A stretch of DNA of 64,000 nt, from assembly GCF_009914755.1 (NCBI RefSeq), contig NC_060947.1; one strand, 5' to 3'. The position numbers were made by a program, and so were the translations under genes. Position 1 is the first letter of the stretch. Every line of letters starts with the position of its first letter. Below, piece after piece: positions 21,172-33,440 of this stretch. The notes under the pieces are model-generated. The model ran no database searches, was not told the DNA's origin, and saw only the letters and a program-made list of their open reading frames with translations. This DNA comes from the human T2T-CHM13v2.0 reference genome, Homo sapiens.

Positions 21172-22224
21172 ATGCCTCACAGCCAAAAGAGTCGGCACTG
21201 TGAGCTTGAGCAAGGGCTTCAGGCCCCCAAAGAGGCACAGGGCCTTGTAGGTGTGCAGGTTGCTGAAGCTGAGAAGGTGAATACCACAGCCTCCTCCTCT
21301 CCCTCTACTCTGATCCAGGGCACCTTGGAGAAGGTGTCTGCTTCTGGAACACCAGGTACTCCCCAGAGTTCTCAGAGAGTCTGCTCCCCCTGCACTACCA
21401 TCAAAGCCACTCCATGGAATCAATCTGATGAGAGTTCCAGAAGCCAGGAAAAGAAGGATCCAGGTGCCTCCCAGGCCCTGTGAGAGCCCGAGTCCTTGCT
21501 TGGTAGCATGCTAGAGAAGAAGGTGGACGAGTTGGTGAAATTCCTGAGTGTCAAGTATACAACAAAACAGCCCATCACAGAAGCAGAAATGCTGAAGGGT
21601 GTCATCAAAGAACACAAGGATCACTTCCCTCCGATCTTTATGCAAGCCCATGAATGCATGGAGATTGTCTTTGGCACTGACATGAAGGAGGTGGACCCCA
21701 TCAGCCACTCCTGTGTGCTCCTCAAATCACTAGACCTCACCTACGATAGGAGGCTGAGCGATGACCAGGGAATGCCCAAGACCGGCCTCCTGATTCTTAC
21801 CTTCGGTGTGATCTTAATGGAGGCCAACTGTGCCTCTGAAGAGAAGATCTGGGAAGTGCTGAATATTATCAGGGTGTATGCTGGGTGGAAGGATTTCATC
21901 TATGGGGAGCCCAGGAAGCTCATCACCAGAGATTTGGTGCAGGAAAAATACCTGGAGTGCTGTCAGGTATCCAACAGTGATCCTCCAAGATACAAATTCC
22001 CGTGGGGCCCAAGGGCTCATGCTGAAACCACCAAGATGAAAGTCCTGGAGTTTTTCTCCAGAGTCAGTGGGAGTGATGCCAGTTCCTTTCCACTCCTGTA
22101 TGAGGAAGCTTTAAGAGATGAGAAAGAGAAAGCTCAGGCTATAATTGCCACCATGGGTGGTACTACTCTCATGGCCAGTGCACATTCCTGGGCCAAGTCC
22201 AGCAGCTTCTCTTGCCCTGAGTGA
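21172..22224 (+). pseudogene. MAGEA13P: MAGE-A family pseudogene: 350-codon frame (MAGE N-terminal region + MAGE homology domain) with one premature TGA at 21481-21483
   Basis: ORFs 21172-21483 (MPHSQKSRHCELEQGLQA...) and 21496-22224 are in the same frame; MHD motifs [55 protein letters not shown]. Symbol is from recollection of the protein sequence. Confidence 0.9.
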
Positions 22225-22437
22225 AGTCTCAGGCAGATTCTTCACTCTGTGTTTGAAAAGAGAAGTCAAGGTTTTAAGTAGTGAAGGGCTGATTGCAGAT
22301 TTTTATCTTTTTGTTTGTTTGTTTGTTTTTGCTTTTTGGTATTTTTCAAATGTTTCTCTTAAAAGGCTTATTAGCTTCAGAATGCAGATTCATGAATGAC
22401 ATTGCTCACACATTTATTACTGTTTATCAGGTTTAAA

Positions 22438-22715
22438 AATAAAAGTTTTCTATTATATAAACCAAAGGGGGGAAGCTTCCGTCTTATTTTGTGATCTGGA
22501 ATAAGATAACATGGTGTTGGAATAGGAATTTTCTCAGAAATGTGTAACAGCCTAGCAATAAAACTAATGAGATCAATAAATACAGGAAAAACATAGAAGA
22601 TGGTTAATTGTAGGATTTATGTATGCCTCTTAATCTGTGGTTTTGTATTAAAGATTTATACCTGAATTATTTGGCTTATTCAAGAATGTATGAGAAATTA
22701 AATCTTATTAAATAT
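22438..22715 (+). terminator. Candidate polyadenylation signals of the MAGE 3' UTR
   Basis: AATAAA at ~22438, ~22557, ~22575 and ATTAAA at ~22697 and ~22708; the last lies in a GAGAAATTAAATCT context resembling MAGE-A 3' ends. Confidence 0.45.
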
Positions 22716-23689
22716 GAGCCCCAGTTCACTGGCTCATTTATTCCCCAAACATTAATTGAGCATCTGCTCTTTGTAAGGCACTGTGTTAGTAGTGGGGATT
22801 CCAGGTTAAGTGAGGAGGTTGGCAAGATGCCCTTTAAGACCTAAAGAGCAAGTACAAAGAAGGAGTGAGGAAGTGGGACTTCAGATTAAACAGTCAAGAA
22901 AAAATGCTTGAGCTAAGGAAGTTTGGAGATTTGGAAAAGTGCAACTCCTTCTGTGGGAGTTAATTTTAAGTTAAGCTGGATGGTGGCAGGGGCCAGGCGC
23001 TCAATATGTCTTATAGGTGAGATAAAAGCCTGGAATGGAAAACTGCTCCTAGCAGTTCCTTCTAGATGGTGGACAAAGCAGAGAGGAATCTCCACCTGGG
23101 GCAAAGTATGGAATGTGGCCTGCACTCATCCCAGTGTAGTTGAACAGGGTGCATGAACTAAGTGTTCATACACATCATCTGCAAGGGTTTCCTGAGAAAT
23201 AGGGTGATACCCCCTTAAAGTGGTGCCCAGAAGCCTCTAGGCTGGCATTCATTTCCCTGGTGTGGGAGAGCCAGGGCCGACTCTATTAAAAAGGCATTTA
23301 ATTAAATGATCTTGACTGTAATTTGGCCAGTTCTAAGCAAAGGCTAGATTTTGAGTGAGAGTGGAATGAATGAAAATAGTGATTTGCATGGAAGAGAAGT
23401 TGGGAGGGTTGGAAGGAGTTACTCCTTGACTCAAAACTTCTAGGATCCTTGAGTTGCATCCAGCTGGTGAAAACTTCCCTACATCCAAATCAAATAATGT
23501 GTCTATCAATAGGAAAAATTTACTGAGTTTTATTTATAAAGTAGCATTTCTGACCCATTTGGTGTGTTATGTCCTAGTGTGCTGCATATTCTCTGAAATA
23601 TCCTTGATATCTCTTTCTCTCCCCCACCTTCCCAACACACACTCCCAGAGAATATGGTACATATGGAGGGTTTAGGGTTAAAATCATAT

Positions 23690-23930
23690 TGAAAACAACT
23701 GCCATTCATGAAAGATCCAATACATGCAAGTGGCTGTGCCAGTTGCCTTACTCACATTACGTACATTCCAACACTTCTACAAGACAGGGCTTATGAAATC
23801 CACCTTACGTATGAAGAGCCTGAGGCTCATAGTGCTTGATAATTTCCCCAGATCATATAACTAGTAAGTGACAGGACTGGGACTTGACCTCTGGCCTGAA
23901 TTCATCTAGGCCCACACTGCCCCACTCATC
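23690..23930. mobile_element. MIR SINE relic
   Basis: Degenerate core: TGAGGCTCATAG...TAATTTCCCCAGATCATATAACTAGTAAGTGACAGGACTGGGACTTGACC. Confidence 0.65.
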
Positions 23931-25861
23931 CTAGCCTGAGGCAGGCCTTCTGCCTCTTGGTTCATATCTGTTCTCAGTTCTCCATAATGTTGTTCAGGTA
24001 ACAAAAAGAACCTTGTGGCTAAGGTACTAAAAAGCAGGCCCAAGGAAGGAAGATGGAATGAGAAACACAATCTGAGAGTAGTCTGTGGGCTTTATGAACC
24101 TAGGGTCCTCCTGCCTGAGCCCCGTGGTCCTTGAGAGCTGATTCTGCCCAGGCGCTCACATTTTTGTCCTGTCCCAGCACTTCCCTGCATTACAGTACCC
24201 TTTCTCTGGTGTTGACCTGTGTGCCCCCCTGTCCAAACCTGGAACCTGGACTGCTTACCAGATCATCACTGCCTCCTCCTCTGAGGGCTGTGCCCTGCTC
24301 CAGGTGGAAGAACTCAAAATCACCTGCCCTTCCCCTGACACAGAGCATTCCTTCTATCTGCAGATGTTCCCTGAACTGTTCCCTCCCTCATTCTGGAATC
24401 CCGTTGATAGCAACAGCCCTTTCTAATGTTAAAAGCACACTTTGGAGGATGTTTTGATGCCTGGTCATTCCCCCTGGGCCTCTTCAACACATACTCAAAT
24501 TGTCTTGCAAATGGATTAGTGAGTAGAGTTTGATTTGCACATAATATGCTGGTTCTTGGGATATAATCCTAAAGTTAGAAAAAGAGATCTTTTAATCATC
24601 CTGATATTTGCGATAGGAATTTAATAAAGTGTATTATTTGAAGCAGGCCACTGAATGCATTGACGAATGGTAATACTTTGATGGTTGAAAAACCAAAGCC
24701 TCCCTTATAAGCAGTAGGCAAAGAAAGACCATATAAATTACTTGATAAGCAAACATCTACAAAAGGCTGAATTCCTAAAATCCTAAATTTCTCCTAGGAG
24801 GTGAACAATAATTCCCTGACAGACATGCTAGCTCTGATGAAAAAGAAAATAAAGGTTCATCATCATTCTACTTGCTCTTGTCTGTGTTTCTGCCTCCACA
24901 GGAAAATCCTGTTTTGTAGTTCACTTAATGGTACCTGTACAGGTGTTCCAAAGTGTTCAGTCCTGTGGAAGGTAGCAGAGACTCGTAAGTTAAGATTTTG
25001 ACCATGCATCAAATAGAAGGAAAAAATTCTTAGTCTACTAAAATTATGGAAGTTTTTGCAAAGATCAGTGCAGAACTCCCTGCAAAGATTTCTAGGATTC
25101 TTTGAAAACTGGATGTGATCCTGTATTTGAAAGCACTTAAGAACCGTGGTGAATTTCAAGATGAGTTTAGTTTTCTCAGAAACTCCTCCAAGAAATGAAG
25201 AGTGTTGTAATAACAAGTTATGATAGTTGCTTTTTATTGAGCACCTATTATGTGACAGCAAAAGCCAGTGTGCCATTTCCATGCCTCCTCTCTCATCGAG
25301 CAGCAAACACGGTGGCCCTGAGTTCAGATGGTGGAGCTACAGAACAGGGAAGCAGCCTGTATCCCTGGGTGGCCTGACGGAGGAAGTCCCTGGCAACCTA
25401 CATCAGAATTTATGCACACAAAAAGGAAACTTTCGTTGTGTTAAGCCATTCAAATTTCAGGTTTTATCTGTTGCATCAGCTAGCAGTTACTTAACTGATA
25501 AATGCACAACTTTTATTTATATATATGTTCATATAATACGTTTTATTTCAATATAAAATTATTATATTTAAATTTTTTATACTTATATGTATACTTGTTT
25601 ACATAAATATTTGAATAAGTCTCGAGGAACTCCTAGGCTTATTTAAATATTTTCATTACAAAAGTAGCTGTGCAAGTACACTTATTGCAAAAAATTTTAA
25701 AAATACAGATCAGATCAATCAAAATTCTTGCCTTTAGAAAGTTCCTCCAACATTCAGGCACCTTTTTGGGGATAACCACAATTAACAATTTGATGTGTAT
25801 TATTTTAAAGCTGAATCTAGGCTTTTTCATGGATTAATATAGTAGAAAATTATATTGTGAG

Positions 25862-27392
25862 TTTTTTTGGTAGAGTCAGCTGAGTCTTTATTTTGGAAAA
25901 ATACAATTGAATTGGTTTTTAGTTAGGGGGCATGGGCAAGATCAGGTACCCCAGGCAGCAAACTCCCCTCAACGGTAGGCTAAGGGCTATGGCTGAGCGT
26001 CAGATGGGTCTCCCGCTCCCTATGCTCCCCTGTTTAGTGGCCTCTCCCACAGGTTCTGGGGCAGCCACAGGAGTGGGTAGTCTGGGAGGGGCATCTCTGG
26101 CAGCACATCAGGGGACCCTGACACTAGCTTCCCATCACAGGTCTCGATAATCTTCACAACCATGGCCCTGGAGGAGCTCCTGTGGCTAAAGGCATCAGAG
26201 CCCCTGCCAGAGCCAAAGCCAGAGCCCAGGCTGTAGAGCTTGTGAGGCTCCCATAGGCCAAGCTCAGCCCACCTGAGTAGCCACTGGTGGTCTTCCTACG
26301 GATACTCATGTTACTCATCCCAGATTCCATCCAGCTCTTCTCATCCTCCACTCCAGCAGCCTCCTGTAGGTGGCAATCTTGATGTCCAGGGCCAGCTTGA
26401 ATTTCATCAGCTCCTGGTACTCACGCAGCTGCTGGGCCATGTCCTGGTTGGCCCCCTGCGGGGCTGCCTCCAGCGCCACTAGCTTTGCATTGACGTCCTT
26501 AACGGGCATTGGTGTCCTTAACAGCCAGCTCCCCACACTGCTTGGCATCTGCCATGGCAGCCTCAGGTAAGCCATCTGGCTTTTGAGGCCCTCAGTCTCA
26601 TCTTAGAGCTGGCTGATGTTCCAGTTCATTTCAGAGATATCCATCTTTGTACAACACAGGTCATCTCTGTGCTTCCCAGGCAGAATCTGCAGCCCCTCAC
26701 ACTTGTTCTGGTGCATGTTCTCAGCCTCAGCTGGGTTATGGCTGGCAATCCCCTCACACTGGGCACACTTGGCAATGATGCGGTCCACATCCAGGGAGTA
26801 GCTGTTGCCCATGGACAGGAACCACAGGTGTGTCCAAAAACTGGGACTGCACCTCAGGATCTTTTCTTCATACAGCTGCCTGAGGAAGTTGATCTCATGG
26901 GTCAGCTCTTTCAGCTGAGACTTTAGCTCTACTTTGTTCATGTAAGCTTCATCCACATCCTTCTTGTTGAGGACAAATTCATTATAGCTGTATGCTTATT
27001 GATCTCATCCTTGTACTTATTCCTGAAGTTTTCCACCAGTCCCTGAATGTATTCAAGATCTGCTTCCAGCTTCAGCTTTTTCATGGCCCAGGGTTTCCAG
27101 ATGTTTCCAAAGGTTACTGATGTAGTTGTCAAACATGATGTTGTTCCAAGCTGCCTTCTGCTGTGGCACGAGGCTCCACTTGGTCTCCAGCATCTTGTTC
27201 TGCTGCTCCAGGAACTGCACCTTGTCAATGAAGGAGGCAAACTACTTGAGAGTCTTGATCTACTCTTTCTCCTGGGCGCCCACAGCCTGGATGTTGGGGT
27301 CCACCTCCACCTTAAGAGACTCTGATTCACCTTGAGTGGAGGCAGGCCGGCTGAACCAGATGGAGATTCAAGGAGCCCAGAAGCTGCTTCTG
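25862..27392 (-). pseudogene. KRT8P8: Processed keratin-8 pseudogene (intronless, frameshifted, head domain deleted)
   Basis: Minus-strand peptides [78 protein letters not shown]; KRT8-like 5' UTR (GAAGCAGCTTCT...CCTGCCTCCACTC) and 3' UTR with AATAAA (25887-25892) and a short poly-A. The parent gene is secure; the pseudogene number is only recalled. Confidence 0.9.
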
Positions 27393-27399
27393 AGTAGAA

Positions 27400-27960
27400 G
27401 CATTTTTTAAAAAATATGCATGGGTAATGAAGTACACATTCACCTGACATTTGCGTTTGCCACTTAATAAAGTGGATGCAGAATCTTTCCATAACAGCAC
27501 ACATAAATCTACCTCGCTTTTGTACCTACTCCCTAGTATTCTAAAGAATGTAAGAATGTATGTGTCATAAATAATTGAAAATTTTTCCTCCTAATGGACA
27601 AATGAGTTGTTTCTAGATTTTTTTGTATGATTAATAGGACTTAAATCAACATTTTTTTAAACATGAATTCTTGGTCAAATGTGTGTTTTTTTCTCATAAG
27701 AAAGACATTTTAATGTGGAAAATTGGGTTTAAGTGGGAGAGGTGTGAATGTTTTTAATTTTTATAAATGTTGCTGACATTTTATTCCAAAAATGCTGCAA
27801 CATTCATTTTCTCATAAACCAATGTATGTTAATACCTACATGCTCAGAACCATTTTTTATTATTAATATTTTAAATTTGGGGTAAAATTATGGGTGAACA
27901 AGTATTATCTCACTATTGTTTTAATAGATATTTTCTCATTTTCTCATTAGGTTAAGCAGA
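27400..27960 (-). mobile_element. Decayed L1ME-like fragment (host of the KRT8 retrocopy; left part ~25530-25850)
   Basis: Degenerate antisense L1 3' motifs (AATGGACAAATGAGTTGTTTCTAGATTTTT, TATCTCACTATTGTTTTAAT). Confidence 0.5.
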
Positions 27961-29602
27961 AAATATAACTTAATTCCTCACCCATACAAAGCGAGATTTA
28001 TGCAGTGATGTCCAGAGCAACAGAATTCTTCCGGGTATGGTTTAAAATTCTGAAATGTCAACCATTCTCCCTTTGCTTTGAGAAGCAAGGGTTTGGTCAG
28101 AATGTTCAGGAGCAGAGCCAGGGAAGAGGACCAGACAGGACACCCCTAAGCTAGTGAGGGGCATTGGAAGGATCTAAGGAAGAGTAATTGCCAGAGTCCA
28201 CGAGCAAGACCACGTGCAAAATGGTTCCAGAGAGCCCAAGGCCAGGTGACACTCAGAGCTGTAAATCCGGAGTTCAGTGTAGAGTGAAGCAGTGCCTATA
28301 AGAGAAGGTGGGAAATCTGGGTGGGGAGCATGGTGGTTCAGGACAACTTATGTGAATAGGCTTGGGGAATCTCTGAGTCTTTGTTACAAGCTGGAAGCTT
28401 CATTGTGGTCTGGGTAGGCAGGTCTCGTGACAGAGCGGACCAGTGGCATGCCAGACACACCACCTTGCCTTAGAGTCATCTTATGTCCTGTCAGGAAGAG
28501 CATGGCTAGCTACCCAGCATTATTCTAGGTGAGTTACGTCTCCTGACTACTCTACTAGTCCATGACACCCTTGCCAGTTTCCCAGGCCTGGAGTTGTTGC
28601 AATGCCTGCCAGAGTGTGGTATGTTTTCCCCTCCACAGTGGCCCTCCTCCATGGAGGCTGAGGCTTTGTGAATGAATGGGGTTGGTGACTGATGACCAGC
28701 AAGATAACAAGCAGAAACACTGAGGAGCAGTGGAAGGGATGCTGCAGCTTCCAACAGGGGCAATTGGAGTGGGAATGCCCTGGGACAAATTATCTCAGTG
28801 ACTGCAGATAAAGGGCTGAGGGTAGACTTGCCTGGAAAACGGTCCAAATGATGTCCCCTGCTCAGATTACCTCCCTTGGAATCTGAGCCGTTGGCACTCT
28901 AGAGGGTGGGTGTCTTGTGGCTATGACTGCTGGCCTATGTTGCCACCAGATGCTGTCTGGCTTAGAGGATTGGCCCAAGGTGCAGACATGTGCAGTGTAG
29001 ATGGAAAACCCATGCAGATGGCACATGCTTCCTTGTTAAACTAACAGGAATATGTGGGGTGCAAAGCAGGAAGCATCATGTATGATGATGTTGAAAGCAT
29101 CCCCACAGCCAAGATAGTGTTTAGGCCTGGAGATGAGACATCCATAATGACACACTCTGTGCTACTTTCCCTTGGGAATTCTGAAGTTACATGAGCAGTT
29201 GTGGCACTGTAGGTTTTTTTCCATGGAGGCAGAAAGCCCAGGCATGAGGCAGCCTCCACATTTTGAACCAGCTAATGTGACCCTCTGGTACTTTCATTTA
29301 TTCATTTATTCTTCCAGCAAACATTTATTGAACACGCATTGAAGAAAAACAAATGAAAAAGACAAAGCATTAAATTCAGACTGGAAATTAGGCTGTGCTG
29401 CATCAATAGAGATCATTTGAGGTCATAGGTTTAGGGAAAATTGAGGTTTGTATACATAGCAGCCATCCTCTCTCTGGCAAACACAGTTAGCAACCAAACT
29501 CACACAAAACTTGATAAATCCAGGGAAGAATTTAAAGGGAGAAAGTACCCATCCAGAAAAATCCACCAGAGAAAAATGCCCTGTGTTTTCCTAAATATAG
29601 TC

Positions 29603-29604
<2 letters not shown>

Positions 29605-29634
<30 letters not shown>

Positions 29635-29640
29635 TGTATG
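29605..29640. repeat. (TATG)9 microsatellite
   Basis: Direct reading. Confidence 0.95.
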
Positions 29641-31089
29641 CATGTGTGTAGGCTTGTGTCCATGCTTGTGTATTTGTTGTTTGTTATATGTGTATGTAAA
29701 AAACACCCACACATACAATTATATATTGTGAGTTTTCAATCTCACATCTGCTATCTTAGGTCACCTCTAAGGCTCTAATCTTACTGGCACCAACACCCAG
29801 ACACTCTTCTAACCCTGTGTGGCTGTTTGAGGGAGCTGGCAGATCTGCATTAACTAAAGTTTCTACAGCAAACAGGCAAAGTGTTGGGTGCAATCTTGGG
29901 CGCCAGGACCTGAAGGCCAGGTCTCAATTATCTATCATATTTATATCTAGCTGGTGGACAGCAGTTGTCAAAATTTTAGATGAGAGACCCATCATTCAAT
30001 CTGAAGCCTTCCACAGAAATCCAATAAATGAACATGACAAGGCAGAGCAGTCTGATTGCAATGAGGACCATAAGACCAGAGTTTCATCCACTCAGTACCC
30101 TTTCTTCTTCCTCTGAAGCAGTGGGCCTTGACGCTCAACCCACAGAACTTTAGTCTTCCCTTGAGCCCTGCTAGGAAAGCTCTATGCTAAAAGACCCTTC
30201 CTCAGACACGGATTTCATCATACTCTGGTACAGGCAGTTATCTATGTGGACTTCATTGTGTCCAATGCACTGAATTTCAATTTTGCTGTCTAGCTTTTTG
30301 ATACTGTCAACAACCTGTGGCCCACCAACCTCAGCATCTCCCGATTACCTTACCATTCATTTCTTATTTCTGTGACTCCTCATTGCTCCAACCCATCAAG
30401 TTAGACACCTATAGATACACACTGTCCTCCTATCCACTTACCTAGTCTTCATTCTTAGCATGGGACTGGCTACCTTCCCTCTAATGCATCATCCACTTTC
30501 AGATTTTGCCCAGGCTTTTCCTTCCTACCAACACCAATCCCTGTCTCTACCTTGTATAGGTCTGTGTCAAACTCTCATCTCGGAAAAAGTCTCCTACTAT
30601 TGCCTTTACCTGGTAGCCTCTTCAGCACCAAACAAAACAACGAAGAGAGCTTTCTCTGACTTTCCACCATTCCCTTCTTTTAAAACTATTCTCAGGTTCT
30701 GTTCCAGCTTTTTCAACAAGAGCAGGGAACTTAGATCATTTTACCTTCACATGTTCTCTCTGCTCTTCCAACATGGCTCACAACCTTCTTGATGATATTC
30801 AGAAACTTAATTCCCTTTAAATCTTTTATTATGTAGCTTAATTTCCCTTTAATAACAAAAGGGGAAGTTGTTCCCATAAGAGTTCCCTATGTAAAATAGA
30901 GAAAAGTAATTTGGGGATTGCAACATCCGTTCTAATAACCATGTGCTCAGTCTTTAAATTATACATGTTTCTAAAATCCTTGGTATGTGTGACCACAGTG
31001 ACCACACTGTGGTAGGAGGGCCCTGGGTATAAAGAGGGAAACAGCTGGCTCTACCCACTGGAAATTCAGAATGCTCAGAAATGCAAAAA

Positions 31090-33440
31090 CCAGCGATATA
31101 CGTTTATTTCAATAAATCTCTTCATATGTTTTTTTTTATTTTAAACTGTCAATTATCACAAAGGTATTTGCATAATAAGGAAAACATATTTTATACTTAC
31201 CCATGTAGTTGCAATTTCTAGTGCTCTTCATTCCTTTATGTAGGATACAGATTTCTATCTGGTATCATTTTCCATCTGACTGGAGGACATTTTTTTTTAA
31301 CATTTCTTATGGTGCAGAACTGTTGTTGGTCAATTCCTTTAAGGTTTTGTATTTCTGAAAGAGGCTTTGTTTCATTTTTGTTTTTGAAATACATTTTCAT
31401 AGGGTATAGAAAACTAGGTTGACATTTTATTTATTTTTTTTTCCTTTCAGTACTTTAAAGATAGTGTCCCAATCTCCACCGGCTTTCATTGTTTTTGACA
31501 AGATATCCACTTTCATCCTTATCTTTGTTCTTTTGTAGGTAAAGTGTCTTTATTTTTCTTCTCGCTACTTCAAAGATTTTCTCTTTATTAGTGGTTTTAA
31601 GCAATTTGATTATGATATGACTTAGTATAGTGTTCTTCATGTTTCTTGTTCTTGGAATTCGTTTTGGATCTGTGGGTTTATAGTATGCATAGAAATTGGG
31701 GATTTTTAATTTACAATTTATTCAAATATTTTTTCTATCCCCATTTGACCCTCTTTTTCAGAGTCTCAAAGTTTATGTATATTAGGCCATGTGAAGTAGC
31801 CTCATAGCTTGCTAAGTTTCTATTTATTAGTATTAGTCTTTTTTCTTTCTCTGAGAGCATCACTGTTTCATGGTGGAAAATGTCTATTGCTATACCTTCA
31901 AGGACGTTGATTTTTCTTCTGCGATGTCTAATCTGCCATTAATCCAGGCCAGTGTAGTTTTTTTATTTTAATATTGTAATTTTCTTTTCTCAATGTTCAT
32001 TTGGGACTTTTATTATATCTTCAATGTCTGCATTTAACATGTTTAACTTTTACTCTTATTTCTTGAACGTGTGAAATACAGCTTTAATAACTGTTTTAAT
32101 ATCCTTGCCTACTAACTCTATCATCTGTGTCAGTTATGACCAACTGATTCTCCTTTTAAGTAGCAATCTTGATTTCATGCTTTTTTGCATGTCTGGCAAT
32201 TTTGATTGTATGTTAGACTCTGAATTTTACCTTGTGGAGTGCTGAGTATATTTTTTAATTCCATAAATAAATATCCTTGAACTTTTTTTCTGAGACATAG
32301 TTAAGTTACTTGGAAATACTATCATCCTTTCAGGCCGTCCTTTAAGCTTTTTTTAGGTAAGATCATAGCACTTTTTAGTCTATGGCTAATATTGCCTCAC
32401 TACTAAGGCAAAATCTTTCAGAGTACTCTACCTAATGCCCCATGAATTATGAGGCTTTTCACTCGGACTCATGGGAAGGAGAACTATCCCCAGCCTTGTA
32501 TGAGCTCTTGAGTTCTCTCTGTATGTTGTTCTCTCCTCTTTGGTATTCTACCCCGAAAATTCTAGCTACATGGGCCTCCCTGGACTCCCAGCTCTATATC
32601 CTCAATTCAAAGAGAAATGTCAGTTCCCACTGTGGCTTGCATTCTCTCCAAAAGCAGTAAGCTGAAGCAAAGGTAGGGCTCACTTCGTGTGTTTTTCTTT
32701 TCTTTTCTTTTTTTAGTACAATAAAAAATTGTTTATTGATACATAATGACTGTACATATTTATGGGATACATGTGATGTTACATAATACAATGTGTAGTG
32801 ATCAAATCAGGGTGTTTAGAATATCCATTACCTCAAACATTTATGATTTCTTTGTGTTGGAAAAATTTCAGATCTTCTCTTTTAGCTATTTTGAAATATA
32901 TATTATTGTTAACTATAGTCACCTTATTGTGGTATTAAAAACTAGAACTTATCCCCCTCCTTCTTTTATGACATCAACTTTCTTATTTTATGTGAAGTAA
33001 GCCAGGCACAGAAAGATAAAATGGTAGGTTAATGGGTACAAAAACATACAGCTATATAGAAGGAATAAGTTCTAGTTTTTAATACCCTCCCTTTCTCAGC
33101 CTCTGGTAATTATCATTCTACTCTCTACTTCAATGACATCAACTTTCTTAGCTCCCACTTATGAGTGAGAATGTGCATTATTTGTCTTTCTGTGCCTGGC
33201 TTACTTCACATAACATAATGAATGACCTCCAGGTCCATTCATGTTGCTGCAAATGACAGGATTTCTCTCTATTTATGGTTGAATAGTATTTTATTGCTTA
33301 TTATTTCTCAGAAATCACTGTTTGTCATTGCCTGATGTCAATAAATTAAAAATCATTGTCTTATATATTTCATCTGGTTGTTAATGGTGTATCAGGTAGG
33401 AGTGAAGATTCAGTTCCTGTTGCTATGTTGTGGCCAGAAG
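31090..33440 (-). mobile_element. Old L1M 5' region/ORF1 remnant
   Basis: ORF 31455-31640 (HIIIKLLKTTNKEKIFEVARRK) resembles L1 ORF1. Confidence 0.7.
32700..33295 (-). mobile_element. L1MA-type 3' end, internally rearranged, nested in the older L1
   Basis: TTTATTGATACATAAT..TGTACATATTTATGGGATACATGTGAT...GTGATCAAATCAGGGT is an L1MA 3' terminus. Confidence 0.8.

Noticed and set aside
21481-21487. Programmed readthrough or selenocysteine recoding of the MAGE TGA
   Set aside because: Context is TGA-GAG, not the leaky TGA-CTAG, and I can identify no SECIS-like hairpin in the 3' UTR.
25841-27399. AGTAGAA on both sides of the KRT8 retrocopy as a TSD
   Set aside because: Only 7 bp match and the left copy is not adjacent to the poly-A; unconvincing.
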